From positions 55,484-119,483 of the forward strand of contig CAVWIL010000001.1 of the NCBI GenBank assembly GCA_963755045.1: a stretch of 64,000 nucleotides of DNA, given 5' to 3'. Positions 55,400 through 64,000 of this stretch are shown one piece after another. The DNA is from Nitrospirota bacterium. GTDB lineage: Bacteria > Nitrospirota > UBA9217. How positions within the stretch are numbered: the stretch's first letter is position 1; every line of letters starts with the position of its first letter. The notes under the pieces are model-generated. The model was not told where the DNA came from. It saw only the letters and a program-made list of their open reading frames with translations, and searched no databases. The position numbers were made by a program, and so were the translations under genes.

Positions 55400-55873
55400 T
55401 CAACATGCCCCCTTTCCCGCCAAAACCGCTTTTTTCCTCGGCTTCAGGAGAAGCGGTTCTTTCTGATGCTGCTGCAAGAGATCATGGAAACTGATACTGT
55501 CAAGCGCTTCCTCAATTTTTGCGCCAACTTTTGCCCAGACCATCCTGGCCACGCAGTCGTCGGTCTGGTAGCAATCAGCCGACTCGCCCGGCTCCAGACA
55601 ATGGGACAGCGCTATCGGCCCCTCAAGTGCGCGCACAATGTCGCCTATCGTCAGCTCCGACGGTTTCCGCGCGAGTAAATATCCGCCTGCGGGACCGCGT
55701 ACGCTCTCGATCAATCCGGCCTTGCCGAGCTTATGCAGGATCTGCTCAAGGTAGGAAAAGGAAATCCCCTGCCGTTCCGTTATCTCCTTGATAGAGATAG
55801 GTCCCTTGCCGTAGTGCTTTGCAATCTCGAATACAGCCCGGACGCCGTATTTTCCTTTTGTGGATAGCTTCAT
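55400..55873 (-). CDS. iscR: Rrf2-family transcriptional regulator (IscR-like).
   Basis: Intact 157 aa ORF with 'MKLSTKGKYGVRAVFEIA', the wHTH 'ISIKEITERQGISFSYLEQILHKL' and a Cys cluster 'CLEPGESADCYQTDDC'. Confidence 0.85.
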   Translation of the reverse strand: MKLSTKGKYGVRAVFEIAKHYGKGPISIKEITERQGISFSYLEQILHKLGKAGLIESVRGPAGGYLLARKPSELTIGDIVRALEGPIALSHCLEPGESADCYQTDDCVARMVWAKVGAKIEEALDSISFHDLLQQHQKEPLLLKPRKKAVLAGKGAC

Positions 55874-55912
55874 ACGTTATGCCTGCCGGTGAAGGCCGAT
55901 CCCTATTCAAAC

Positions 55913-55929
55913 AGGACTGATATAGTCCT
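55913..55929. promoter_or_regulatory. Candidate IscR/Rrf2 operator.
   Basis: The palindrome AGGACTGATATAGTCCT has a core GACT-N5-AGTC that fits the IscR type-1 core GACTRWWWYAGTC. It lies between the putative -10 and the iscR start. Confidence 0.45.
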
Positions 55930-55945
55930 CACTATTCCTTACTGA

Positions 55946-55974
55946 AACATAACAAACTTGACTAATTTTGTCAA
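55946..55974 (-). promoter_or_regulatory. Sigma70-type promoter of the iscR-nifS-iscU-tusA operon.
   Basis: The minus strand reads TTGACA-N17-TATGTT. The -35 is embedded in the palindrome cttgactaattttgtcaag. Confidence 0.45.
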
Positions 55975-56079
55975 GTATATTTTTTTCTTGTTTTTCGCTG
56001 TCATTTGCACTACGTTTAACCGGTGTATGGCACGAAGCTGGGATGATAAAAAATGATCAATAACGAAACAACCCAAACA

Positions 56080-56192
56080 GTTACCACGGGAAAAGCCACA
56101 GAATATCACGGACAAGATAAACGGATAGCTCTATATATGAAGTCTTTGGCTTGTCTATATCCTTGTGCCTCCGGTGAAAATCCGTGCTAAGC
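56080..56192. repeat. Intergenic inverted tandem-repeat element with unit ~CACGGA.
   Basis: The left arm carries ccacggg, tcacgga and aacgga about 11-20 nt apart. The right arm carries ccttgtg, ccggtg and tccgtgc in inverted order. Confidence 0.6.
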
Positions 56193-56220
56193 AATTTTAA
56201 TTAAGCGTTGGAGGAAAGCC

Positions 56221-56493
56221 GTGCCTTACGATGAATATGAAATATCCCTGTCCCGGGAACTGAACGTATGCAAAAATACCATCCAGCGGATCCAAAAGTC
56301 CCTTGGCATTCTGGAGCGGAAGCACAACAAGACCACCGAGGCCTTTATTCAAGAGCTCCAGAACAATAAATTGACGGGCAATCCGGAATATAAGGAAGAT
56401 TATGATGCCTGGCAGAGCAGCTACGAATCGCTCAAGAGATGGGAGGAACTGGAGCGACAATACGAGGAAGCATTTCGGAAGATGAAGATCTAA
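56221..56493 (+). CDS. Hypothetical small helical protein (90 aa).
   Basis: The GTG start lies 6 nt after GGAGGA. The protein is charged and coiled-coil-like. I do not recognise a family. Confidence 0.45.
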   Translation: MPYDEYEISLSRELNVCKNTIQRIQKSLGILERKHNKTTEAFIQELQNNKLTGNPEYKEDYDAWQSSYESLKRWEELERQYEEAFRKMKI

Positions 56494-56756
56494 CGACAAC
56501 TGCCATTGTTGGGAAAACAAGAAAGAGAACCTTTGACATACCCTGCACTCGTTTATGGCCGCGTCTTCGCGAGAGCAGGCTGCGCATACGCACTCGTAAG
56601 CGCTAGGACAGGCGGATAAAGGCGGATTGAATTATGAAGAACCTATGATAATGCTTTAATTTATCCGCTGTTATCATAGCCTTCATCCGATTTTCCCGTG
56701 TCAAAGATTTTATCTTTGGTTGTGGCTATAGGCCGACCTGTGTTATACTCCCTTCC

Positions 56757-57575
56757 ATGCAGCATTCCAGCCCTTATAATCCGATCACGAGCAAAGACAA
56801 CAGCTTCATAAAACACCTGCGCGCCCTTTCCGATCCAAAACACCGGAAAAAGGAACAGGTCTTTTTAATCGAAGGCGTTAAAATGGTCGAGGAAGCCCTC
56901 CGGGACAAGGCTGGCGTTACCATGGTCATAGCCTCACCCTCTCTCGTACAACATCACGGCAAGGGTGTGATCAAGCTGGCGGAAACAAGATCAATCGACA
57001 TTCTCTGGATCTCGGATAAACTGATGGATGCACTATCGGAGAGCAAAACACCTCAGCCGGTGATAGCAGTTGTTACGATGAAGGAGCATAGCGAAGATGA
57101 ACTCTTGGCTCATGGCTCAAAGCTCATCGTTATCTGCCACCAGCTCCAGGACCCTGGCAATCTCGGTACCATCATCAGAACAGTCGAGGCTGTTGGCGCG
57201 GCCGGTGTAGCGATCACATCAAACACGGTTGATCCTTTTAGCGCCAAGGCCGTACGGGCGTCAATGGGCAGCATACTCCGGCTTCCCGTGGTGCGCATCG
57301 GGGACAGTAAGGCATTCATGAGGCTTAGCAGGCAGAAGGGTTATCAGACCGTCGCAACTGTCGTGACCGGAGAAAAGGCCCACTTTGATATCGACCTCAA
57401 AAAACCGACTGTCATTATTTTAGGACAGGAGGGCGCCGGTCTGCCACATGATATCGTGGAAGAAGTCGACCTCCGCGTTCGCATTCCCATGGCCGATACG
57501 ATCGACTCATTGAATGTTGCAACCTCCTCTGCAGTGGTCCTGTACGAAGCAATGAGACAGAGAATGCCAAGGTAG
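56757..57575 (+). CDS. TrmH/SpoU-family RNA 2'-O-methyltransferase.
   Basis: Intact 272 aa ORF with a substrate-binding N-terminal domain, 'LQDPGNLGTIIRT', 'ILGQEGAGL' and 'SLNVATSSAVVLYE'. Confidence 0.85.
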   Translation: MQHSSPYNPITSKDNSFIKHLRALSDPKHRKKEQVFLIEGVKMVEEALRDKAGVTMVIASPSLVQHHGKGVIKLAETRSIDILWISDKLMDALSESKTPQPVIAVVTMKEHSEDELLAHGSKLIVICHQLQDPGNLGTIIRTVEAVGAAGVAITSNTVDPFSAKAVRASMGSILRLPVVRIGDSKAFMRLSRQKGYQTVATVVTGEKAHFDIDLKKPTVIILGQEGAGLPHDIVEEVDLRVRIPMADTIDSLNVATSSAVVLYEAMRQRMPR

Positions 57576-57667
57576 CTTCAAAACATCGCGAACACACTCC
57601 CCGGACTCGCACAATAGAGTGAAATTCTCCCCACACCTCTACCCTCCCCTCGATGGTAAGCTTCATA

Positions 57668-57697
57668 TTGACAAACGGCCTGGCAAACTCGTATAAT
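57668..57697 (+). promoter_or_regulatory. Sigma70-type promoter upstream of the YkgJ-family gene.
   Basis: TTGACA-N18-TATAAT lies 33 nt upstream of the ATG at 57730. Confidence 0.5.
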
Positions 57698-57729
57698 TCA
57701 CACCGCTCTCAATAGAAAGGTCTTGTGAA

Positions 57730-58342
57730 ATGAACCGGATAATCAAAAAATATGCGCAGTTCCTCGATCGATCAAACAAGGTTTTTTCCAACGCCGCTTC
57801 AAAACACGGCGTCGGATGCAAACAAGGGTGCCATGAGTGCTGTTCTGTCGGATTCTTCGACATCACATTGCTCGACGCGATCTATCTGCGTAATGCCCTG
57901 AAACAGGTCCCTGCTCCTGTCAGGGAACGGGTCATCGCAAGGGCCAATCGAGCAGATTGATATCCTGGAAAAGAAAAAAGCCTTTTCCCGCAAAGATCCG
58001 CTGCTCAAAACGCTGCCCGCCATCGACTCGATCTCACGCAGATCGGCAAAGATGTCCTGCCCGGCGCTCGAGAACGGCGCATGCATGATCTATAACCAGC
58101 GGCCGCACATCTGCCGCATCTTCGGCCCGACCATCCGCGGCCCGCGTCGCGCCGTGCAGCTCGCTGGCTGCGGGCTTTTTACAAAAGACATCCCCGAAGC
58201 CGATTTTCCCATCTTCGACCACTATAAGGAAGAAAAGAAATTGCAGAAAGCCATGTTTGTAAAAGCCGGCCGAAAACGGCTCCGCGAAGTTGACACCATC
58301 ATTCCCGCGGCGTTGACGCTGGATTTGAAGAAATGGCTGTGA
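57730..58342 (+). CDS. YkgJ-family cysteine-cluster (CxxCxxCC) protein with frameshifts near 57955-58050.
   Basis: 'CKQGCHECCS' is in ORF 57730-57960. 'CPALENGACMIYNQRPHICRIFG' is in ORF 58052-58342. Confidence 0.7.
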
Positions 58343-58344
58343 AG

Positions 58345-58446
58345 CTCCAGAAGACAGAAGCCAGGAGCCGGAATCCAGCATGTTGGTTCAGAATCCTTTA
58401 TGCCGGCTACTTACTCCAGACTACTGACTCCTGACTCCTGTCCTCA
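58345..58446. repeat. Intergenic inverted tandem-repeat hairpin with unit ~CTGACTCC.
   Basis: The left arm is ctccagaagacagaagccaggagccggaatccag and the right arm is ctacttactccagactactgactcctgactcctgtcctc. The core is 15/19 complementary. Confidence 0.7.
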
Positions 58447-58449
58447 CCT

Positions 58450-58998
58450 ATGGAAATCATCAGCAAAAAAACCGTCTGGCAGGGTAATTTTATGAGCGCG
58501 GTGGAGATCACCTATCGGGACGCCCGGGGAACGGTGCGCACCTGGGAGGCCCTCGAGCGCGTCGGCGTCAGCGGCATCGTAGTGATGGTCGCCGTCACGC
58601 CTACCCGCAACGTCATTCTTGAAAAGCAGTTCCGGCCGCCGATGGGCCGGGACGTCATCGAACTCCCCGCGGGACTGGTGGATCCAGGCGAATCAATGGA
58701 AGCTGCAGCGAATCGTGAATTGATCGAAGAAACAGGCTGGTCAGCGGGGAACATTGAATTTCTCGCCGAAGGACCGATCTCGACGGGCGCCTCGACCGAA
58801 GCGCTCCGCGCCTATCTGTGCACGGAGCTTGTCCATGTGGGCAAGAACGGCGGAGATGACAACGAGATCATTGAAGTGACCGAGGTCCCGATCCAGAAGG
58901 TCCAGGATTATCTCCGCGCCGCGCAGATGAGCGGCACGCTCGTTGACTTGAAGGTATTTGGATTGGTGGAGCTGGCAAGAAAGGCATTAAAGCTTTAA
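58450..58998 (+). CDS. NUDIX hydrolase (ADP-ribose pyrophosphatase-like).
   Basis: Intact 182 aa ORF with the Nudix box 'GLVDPGESMEAAANRELIEETGW'. Confidence 0.85.
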   Translation: MEIISKKTVWQGNFMSAVEITYRDARGTVRTWEALERVGVSGIVVMVAVTPTRNVILEKQFRPPMGRDVIELPAGLVDPGESMEAAANRELIEETGWSAGNIEFLAEGPISTGASTEALRAYLCTELVHVGKNGGDDNEIIEVTEVPIQKVQDYLRAAQMSGTLVDLKVFGLVELARKALKL

Positions 58999-59042
58999 TC
59001 TGGAAATCCCCTCACCCTGACCCTCTAAATCGGAACTAAAAC

Positions 59043-59143
59043 GTTAGCACGAATTGCACAAATAATCCGAATGTCACGAATTAGAAAATACAAGCTTCCG
59101 GTCTTATTAGTGTAATTCGTCCTCTTCGTGTCATTCGTGATAC
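59043..59143. repeat. Intergenic inverted tandem-repeat hairpin with unit ~ATTCGTG, the same unit as at 15045-15136.
   Basis: gttagcacgaattgcacaaataatccgaatgtcacgaattag opposes cttattagtgtaattcgtcctcttcgtgtcattcgtgatac. Confidence 0.8.
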
Positions 59144-59147
59144 AGTC

Positions 59148-59759
59148 TCATTCTAAATCGATGAAATTCCTGATCTGCCGTCTGTACTCGTCTATTCCCG
59201 TAAAATGGATTGTCTGGAGCCCCTGCCCCTGTGCCCGTTTGATGTGATTGAGATTGTCATCGACAAAAAGAGTTTCTCCCGTCTGAACGCCGAGCGCTGC
59301 GCATACATCCTTGAACACGGATGCATCGCGTTTGCTTTTGTGAAGCCGGAAGGAGTTGAATATTGTATCGAAGTGCAGGAACAGTCCTGTTTGTCGATCT
59401 ATTATATCGAGCCAATTCGTCTGATCGCTCAACATTGCAACTGTGAACCCCTTTGACCTCAGAAGGTCCACTGATGCTATCATGTCCTGTCTGAGCACGA
59501 AGCGCTTCAGGACCTCGTTCGTGAGTTCGGCATCAGTGCCACGAATATTGGTCTTGCTCCTGACCGCGTTCCAGAACAATGCTTCATCCGCCTTGCCGAT
59601 AAGATACCCGGTCTCATAAATGAGCGCGTCAACCGTCTTGAAAAATGCATCAGGATCGAGCCCGTTTTCCTTCCCGATGGCCTGAAGTCCTTTCCAAAAC
59701 CCCTCTTCCGCGATCACACCGCCGAAATCAAAGAGGATTGCCTTGATCACATTCTGCAT
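59148..59759 (-). CDS. HAD-superfamily hydrolase.
   Basis: Intact 203 aa ORF with 'ILFDFGGV' (motif I), 'MLSDQTN' and 'LFVDDNLNHI'. Confidence 0.8.
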   Translation of the reverse strand: MQNVIKAILFDFGGVIAEEGFWKGLQAIGKENGLDPDAFFKTVDALIYETGYLIGKADEALFWNAVRSKTNIRGTDAELTNEVLKRFVLRQDMIASVDLLRSKGFTVAMLSDQTNWLDIIDRQTGLFLHFDTIFNSFRLHKSKRDASVFKDVCAALGVQTGETLFVDDNLNHIKRAQGQGLQTIHFTGIDEYRRQIRNFIDLE

Positions 59760-59947
59760 ATGATGACTTTGATACCCCTCTTGTCCATTAGCGGGAGACG
59801 CTGATTTATTCCAGATTGAAATAAAAACACCTACTGCTGCGCACTTTTAGATAATCGAGAGAGCTGAGAAATACAGGTTGATACATACGTAAGATGGAGT
59901 TCATCGGGAACGTAGGAGCGGACGGCAATGGCGCATCTATTGGGCAC

Positions 59948-60823
59948 TCAGTCTTTGACAGCAGCATTCTTCGCAAACTGTTCCGCGGTGCGTCCGTTTT
60001 GGCTGCCGGCCTCAAGCGCCCAGCGAATTGCCATCCGTTCTAGCTGCTCCCCGGTTGCAGGAACTCCGTACTCCGCTGCATAGAAGGCGACGATCTCCAG
60101 GTATGTCTCTTCAGAAAAATGATAAAATCCGAAACTGAGTCCGAAGCGGTCCGCTAGTGATATTTTTTCCTCAACAGTATCTGAAGGTCTGATTTCGTCG
60201 TTGGTGTTGTCGGAAAATCGGGTCGGGATCAGGTGTTTCCTGTTCGAGGTCGCATAAAACAATATATTATCCGGAATATCCTCGATCCCGCCGTCCATTA
60301 TCGTTTTCATTTCTTTATAATCTGTCTGACTTTCCTCGAAAGAAAGGTCGTCGATGAACAATATAAAACGATAGGTCCGATGGCCGGCGATCATATCGTA
60401 CAGGGAAGTGATTGACAGGATGTCATGTCGGTAGACCTGGATCATCCGGAGAGGAGTTTTGTTGAAGGCGGTCAGCAATGACTTTATAAGAGACGACTTG
60501 CCCGTGCCCCTCTCTCCCCACAGCAGGATATTGTTTGCTTTTCCGCCATGAACAAAACTTCTCGTGTTCCGAAGAACCTCATGCTTAATAGCATCGATAC
60601 CGAGCAAGTGGTTCGGATGAATATGCACCGGTCGTGAAATCGGCATAAGCATCCTGCGCGCGCCATCCCAACGCAATGCTCGATGTCTCGCAAAGTTCGT
60701 CACATCAGTACCGTCCGCCAGGTAGCGGTCAAGCACCCGGTCAACCTTGGCAAGCAGCTGGTCAATTTTCGTTTTCATGGGAGTGATTATAACAAGTTCC
60801 GGGTGAGATGTAAAATGATCCAC
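59948..60823 (-). CDS. DUF815-family AAA-type ATPase. The start may be the ATG at 60778.
   Basis: Intact ORF with 'NNILLWGERGTGKSSLIKS' (Walker A) and 'FILFIDDLSFE' (Walker B). Confidence 0.75.
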   Translation of the reverse strand: MDHFTSHPELVIITPMKTKIDQLLAKVDRVLDRYLADGTDVTNFARHRALRWDGARRMLMPISRPVHIHPNHLLGIDAIKHEVLRNTRSFVHGGKANNILLWGERGTGKSSLIKSLLTAFNKTPLRMIQVYRHDILSITSLYDMIAGHRTYRFILFIDDLSFEESQTDYKEMKTIMDGGIEDIPDNILFYATSNRKHLIPTRFSDNTNDEIRPSDTVEEKISLADRFGLSFGFYHFSEETYLEIVAFYAAEYGVPATGEQLERMAIRWALEAGSQNGRTAEQFAKNAAVKD

Positions 60824-61121
60824 CGCTTACAATTCCAACAGTTCAGAAAATAATCCTCGCCCCGAAAATATATCACAATAAATTAATTTCATAAAGTAAT
60901 TTTCAACTTATTCTCACTCTCACATCGTTCATATCTGTGCAGATATGGTTCCGTCGGGACCAAATCGCAATAACAGACAATAAATCCTTAATTCAATCAG
61001 TCTGCAAGATAATTTTTTTCAATCATCGCAGCATGCTCTGGATGCGCTGTTTTCTCCGCGCCGGCATGCTGTAAAATCGAATATTACGATATCACAATTG
61101 AGAACCGTCCAAAAAAATTTC

Positions 61122-61149
61122 TTGACTATCTTCCCCGAGACTGTATAAT
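61122..61149 (+). promoter_or_regulatory. Sigma70-type promoter upstream of dprA.
   Basis: TTGACT-N16-TATAAT lies 43 nt upstream of the ATG at 61192. Confidence 0.45.
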
Positions 61150-61191
61150 TCCTAACCTTGAGCACGGAACGAGCCCAACACGGACGGCTTC

Positions 61192-62313
61192 ATGCAAACA
61201 AATTCTGATCCGGTCTACACTTGGATAGGACTCAGCAGCATTCCGGGAGTCGGACGAATCACCTTCAGAAAACTCGTCGACCTTTTCGGTTCACCTGAGC
61301 GGGTGCTCTCCGTTTCGCATGAGGAGCTCAGGAAAATCGGCATGCTTTCCGACAAGATCGCTGCGGCGATCGCATCGTTCCCCTGGCAGGAGCATGCGGA
61401 GCGGGAAATCGCGAAGGCGGCTGAAGCGAACGTTACGATCGTGACCGCCGACAGCCCCGTGTATCCCGAAAACCTCAGGAATACACCCGATCCCCCGCCT
61501 TATCTGTACGTGAAAGGCGACCTGCGGGCCGAAGACAGGAACGCCATGGCGATCGTCGGCACTCGGAAGCCCACACACTACGGGATGACCGTAACGCGCC
61601 GGATCGCATCGGAACTTTCTGCGGCTGGTTTTACCATCGTCAGCGGCATGGCGAGAGGGATCGACACCCAGGCGCATCGTGGTGCGCTCACGGCAAAAGG
61701 GCGAACTATAGCGGTGCTCGGGTGCGGCATCGATGTTGTGTATCCTCCCGAGAACAGGGGCCTGATGGAAGAGATCAGCAGCACGGGGTGCGGAGCCGTG
61801 GTGACTGAGAACCCGTTTGGTACGCAACCCGAATCGGGCTACTTCCCGGCGAGGAACCGGATCATCAGCGGGCTGTCACAGGGAACCGTGATCATCGAGG
61901 CTGCCGAGGACAGCGGCTCCCTGATCACCGCGAAGTACACGCTCGAACAGGGCCGCAAACTCTATGCCGTACCGGGGAACATCGGCTCGTTGACCAGCAA
62001 AGGCACGAACAGTCTGATCAAGCAGGGCGCGATCCTGGTGGAAGGCGTGGAAGATATCCTGCGTAACCTTGGTGTGCAAAAGCAGGACAAGGGACCGGCA
62101 GCACCGGCCCGCCCCCTGCCCGCGCTCACCCGGGAAGAAACAACCGTGCTCTGCTGCATTACGAATGAGCCGAAGCACATTGATATCATCATGAATGAAA
62201 GTCGCGCCACTGCCGGGAAGCTGAGCGGGGTCCTCATAAACCTGGAACTGAAAGGACTCGCAAAACAGCTCCCGGGGAAGTATTTTGTACGGAAAGAATT
62301 GAGACATTCGTAA
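61192..62313 (+). CDS. dprA: DNA-processing protein DprA (Smf).
   Basis: Intact 373 aa ORF with 'AIVGTRKPTHYG', 'SGMARGIDTQAHRGAL' and 'LITAKYTLEQGRKLYAVPG'. Confidence 0.9.
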   Translation: MQTNSDPVYTWIGLSSIPGVGRITFRKLVDLFGSPERVLSVSHEELRKIGMLSDKIAAAIASFPWQEHAEREIAKAAEANVTIVTADSPVYPENLRNTPDPPPYLYVKGDLRAEDRNAMAIVGTRKPTHYGMTVTRRIASELSAAGFTIVSGMARGIDTQAHRGALTAKGRTIAVLGCGIDVVYPPENRGLMEEISSTGCGAVVTENPFGTQPESGYFPARNRIISGLSQGTVIIEAAEDSGSLITAKYTLEQGRKLYAVPGNIGSLTSKGTNSLIKQGAILVEGVEDILRNLGVQKQDKGPAAPARPLPALTREETTVLCCITNEPKHIDIIMNESRATAGKLSGVLINLELKGLAKQLPGKYFVRKELRHS

Positions 62314-62327
62314 AAAGTCATAGCGTC

Positions 62328-62443
62328 TATCGCAGAGACGCTGAGGACGCGGAGAAATGCATCTTTTGAAATAATAATTGATTTTCTCTGTGCTCTCTGC
62401 CTGCACACATGCGCTTACGAGTATTAACGTGAGTGCAAGTGTG
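62328..62443. repeat. Two adjacent intergenic imperfect hairpins with unit ~CTCTGCG, as at 4566-4662.
   Basis: tatcgcagagacgctgaggacgcggagaaatgc opposes attttctctgtgctctctgcctgc. After that, cacacatgcgcttacg opposes cgtgagtgcaagtgtg. Confidence 0.7.
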
Positions 62444-62472
62444 CCTCCGCGGTAAAAACATCGGAGATTTTT

Positions 62473-62949
62473 TTGGACGAACAAATGATGGACCTGTTCT
62501 CGATTATCGCGGACCAGGTACGGAATAAGCAGGAGTTGTTCGACAACGAAGGCAAGATCATGCAGGCCCTGCTGAACAGCGGCTTCCGGCTCACTGAGGC
62601 GGACGCCGCGCTCACCCTGATGCAGACCCTCGTACAGAACCAATCAGAGAGCTTGATCACGCGGGAGCCGAAGGCATCTTCCGTCCGGATGAGGGCGATG
62701 AACCGGGAAGAGCGGGAGCGGTTCACCGTTGACGCTTTTGGTTTTGTCTCAAAGCTCACCCACCTCGGCATCATCTCCGAGGACCAGCGGGAAGAACTGC
62801 TGGAAAAGGCCATGACGGCATACACCGAACGGATAGAGCTTGACCATATCAAGAACCTTATTGCTTTTATCTTCTTCGTGTCCCCCCATGAACGGGAGCA
62901 CAGCTCGTCCGCGAATCTCCGGCGGATAAAAGATACGGCGTGGAACTAG
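62473..62949 (+). CDS. smg: Smg (DUF494) protein.
   Basis: Intact 158 aa ORF that sits in the classical dprA-smg-topA position. It carries 'LLNSGFRLTEADAAL' and 'RMRAMNREERERFTVDAFGFV'. Confidence 0.75.
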   Translation: MDEQMMDLFSIIADQVRNKQELFDNEGKIMQALLNSGFRLTEADAALTLMQTLVQNQSESLITREPKASSVRMRAMNREERERFTVDAFGFVSKLTHLGIISEDQREELLEKAMTAYTERIELDHIKNLIAFIFFVSPHEREHSSSANLRRIKDTAWN

Positions 62950-62969
62950 GAAGTGTATAATAAAAATAT

Positions 62970-63097
62970 TTTGCCACGGATTAACACGGATTTTCACGGA
63001 TTGATAAATCCTAAGAATTAATTATTAATCCTTTTCCGTGTTCTTCAGCCTATGCCCGCGTTTTGGCAACAGCAGGGTATGTGCATCCGTGGTAAAT
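62970..63097. repeat. Intergenic inverted tandem-repeat element with unit CACGGATT (3 tandem copies, period 10).
   Basis: The left arm is ttgccacggattaacacggattttcacggattgataaatcc. The right arm is aatccttttccgtgttc...gcatccgtggtaa and is interrupted by about 35 nt. Confidence 0.7.
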
Positions 63098-63107
63098 AGA
63101 ATTTAAT

Positions 63108-63136
63108 TTGGGTTCCGGCTTGTCCGGGTTAGGTAC
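63108..63136. repeat. Second copy of the TTTGG(G)TYCCGGCTTGTCCGGGTT palindromic unit.
   Basis: tttgggttccggcttgtccgggttaggtac ends 5 nt before the topA ATG. Compare 15152-15180. Confidence 0.7.
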
Positions 63137-63140
63137 AAAT

Positions 63141-64000
63141 ATGAAATCACTCGTCATAGTCGAATCTCCGGCCAAGGCCAAGACCATCGCCAAGTACCTG
63201 GGCAAGAACTTTACGGTCAAGGCGTCCGTAGGCCACATCATGGACCTGCCCAAAAGCAAGCTCGGGGTGGATATTGAAAAGGATTTCGAACCCAAGTACA
63301 TCGTTATCAAGGGCAAGGCCCCGGTCGTAAAGGAACTCAAAGCCGCTGCAAAGAAAGCCGACCGCATCCTGCTCGCAACCGACCCTGACCGGGAAGGAGA
63401 GGCCATAGCCGCCCATGTCGCGGAGGCCATATCCGGCAGCATCAAGCATGAAGAAGTCTACCGGGTGCTGTTCAATGAGATCACGAAAAAGGCCATCCTG
63501 CTGGCCATCGAACACCCGGGCAAGGTCGATGTGAACAAGGTCGACGCCCAGCAGGCCCGGCGCATCCTCGACCGTCTGGTGGGCTACCAGATCAGCCCCA
63601 TACTCTGGAAAAAGGTGCGGCGCGGTCTTTCAGCGGGGCGCGTGCAATCCGTGGCGCTTCGCCTCATCTGCGAGCGCGAAGAGGAGATCAAGGCCTTCAT
63701 CCCCGAGGAGTTCTGGTCCCTCACCGCGCTCCTCGAGGGAAAGATCCCCCCGCAGTTCGAAGCAAAACTTCTCAAACGGGACGAAGACAAGCTCAGGGTC
63801 AAGAACAATGAAGAGGTGCAAACAATCCTCGCTGACCTCAAAGGCAAGCCCTACTCCGTCACCAAGGTTGACAAGAAAGAGCGCCGGCGCAATCCTGTCC
63901 CCCCCTTCACCACGAGCAAACTCCAGCAGGAAGCGGGCCGCAAACTCGGATTCACCTCCAAAAGGACCATGGGAATTGCCCAGGGGCTCTATGAAGGCAT
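63141..64000 (+). CDS. topA: DNA topoisomerase I (5' part; it continues beyond the window).
   Basis: The frame is open from the ATG at 63141 to the window end. It carries 'LVIVESPAKAKTIAKYLG', 'ATDPDREGEAIA' (Toprim) and 'RLVGYQISPILWKK..GLSAGRVQSVALRL'. It is absent from the ORF track only because no stop is reached. Confidence 0.9.
   Translation, partial: MKSLVIVESPAKAKTIAKYLGKNFTVKASVGHIMDLPKSKLGVDIEKDFEPKYIVIKGKAPVVKELKAAAKKADRILLATDPDREGEAIAAHVAEAISGSIKHEEVYRVLFNEITKKAILLAIEHPGKVDVNKVDAQQARRILDRLVGYQISPILWKKVRRGLSAGRVQSVALRLICEREEEIKAFIPEEFWSLTALLEGKIPPQFEAKLLKRDEDKLRVKNNEEVQTILADLKGKPYSVTKVDKKERRRNPVPPFTTSKLQQEAGRKLGFTSKRTMGIAQGLYEG

Overview
This is a 64 kb stretch of bacterial chromosome, apparently mid-50s % GC by eye. 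I count about 61 protein genes and one tRNA-Leu(CAG), most on the minus strand. The content is mainly core housekeeping, and several textbook syntenies are intact: ileS-lspA-lgt, xseB-ispA-dxs, rny-ymdB, dprA-smg-topA and iscR-nifS-nifU-tusA. BamD and Lgt/LspA point to a diderm. An Isf-type flavoprotein, bacteriohemerythrin, NifS/NifU, a split transketolase and a RuBisCO-like protein suggest an anaerobe or microaerophile, possibly Nitrospirota- or Desulfobacterota-like, but that is inference only. I found no integrase, transposase, CRISPR array, phage gene or recognisable defence gene, so this is not a classical accessory island. Three things are not explained by the gene list. (1) About 27 of the ~61 genes, including essential ones (ileS, hisS, eno, lgt, lspA, dxs, rny), are broken by 1-nt indels, which is most simply sequence error and not real decay. 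(2) A 212-nt pure poly-G run (33239-33450) cuts off a hybrid histidine kinase inside its receiver domain, which looks like an assembly junction artefact. (3) At least 20 intergenic loci carry hairpin elements whose two arms are inverted arrays of short imperfect tandem repeats. The 8-12 nt repeat unit differs between loci. One such pair of arms brackets a four-helix-bundle (23S rRNA IVS protein family) gene. This is the most interesting candidate for an undescribed element family. Smaller observations are a RuBisCO-like protein near a split transketolase, a 3.1 kb gene block flanked by 42-bp direct repeats, an ORF-poor 1 kb tract with an 18-bp perfect inverted repeat, a 101-nt C-free tract, a 6S-RNA-like hairpin downstream of zapA, and an IscR-type operator. 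All calls come from reading the translations and sequence. No database search was run.
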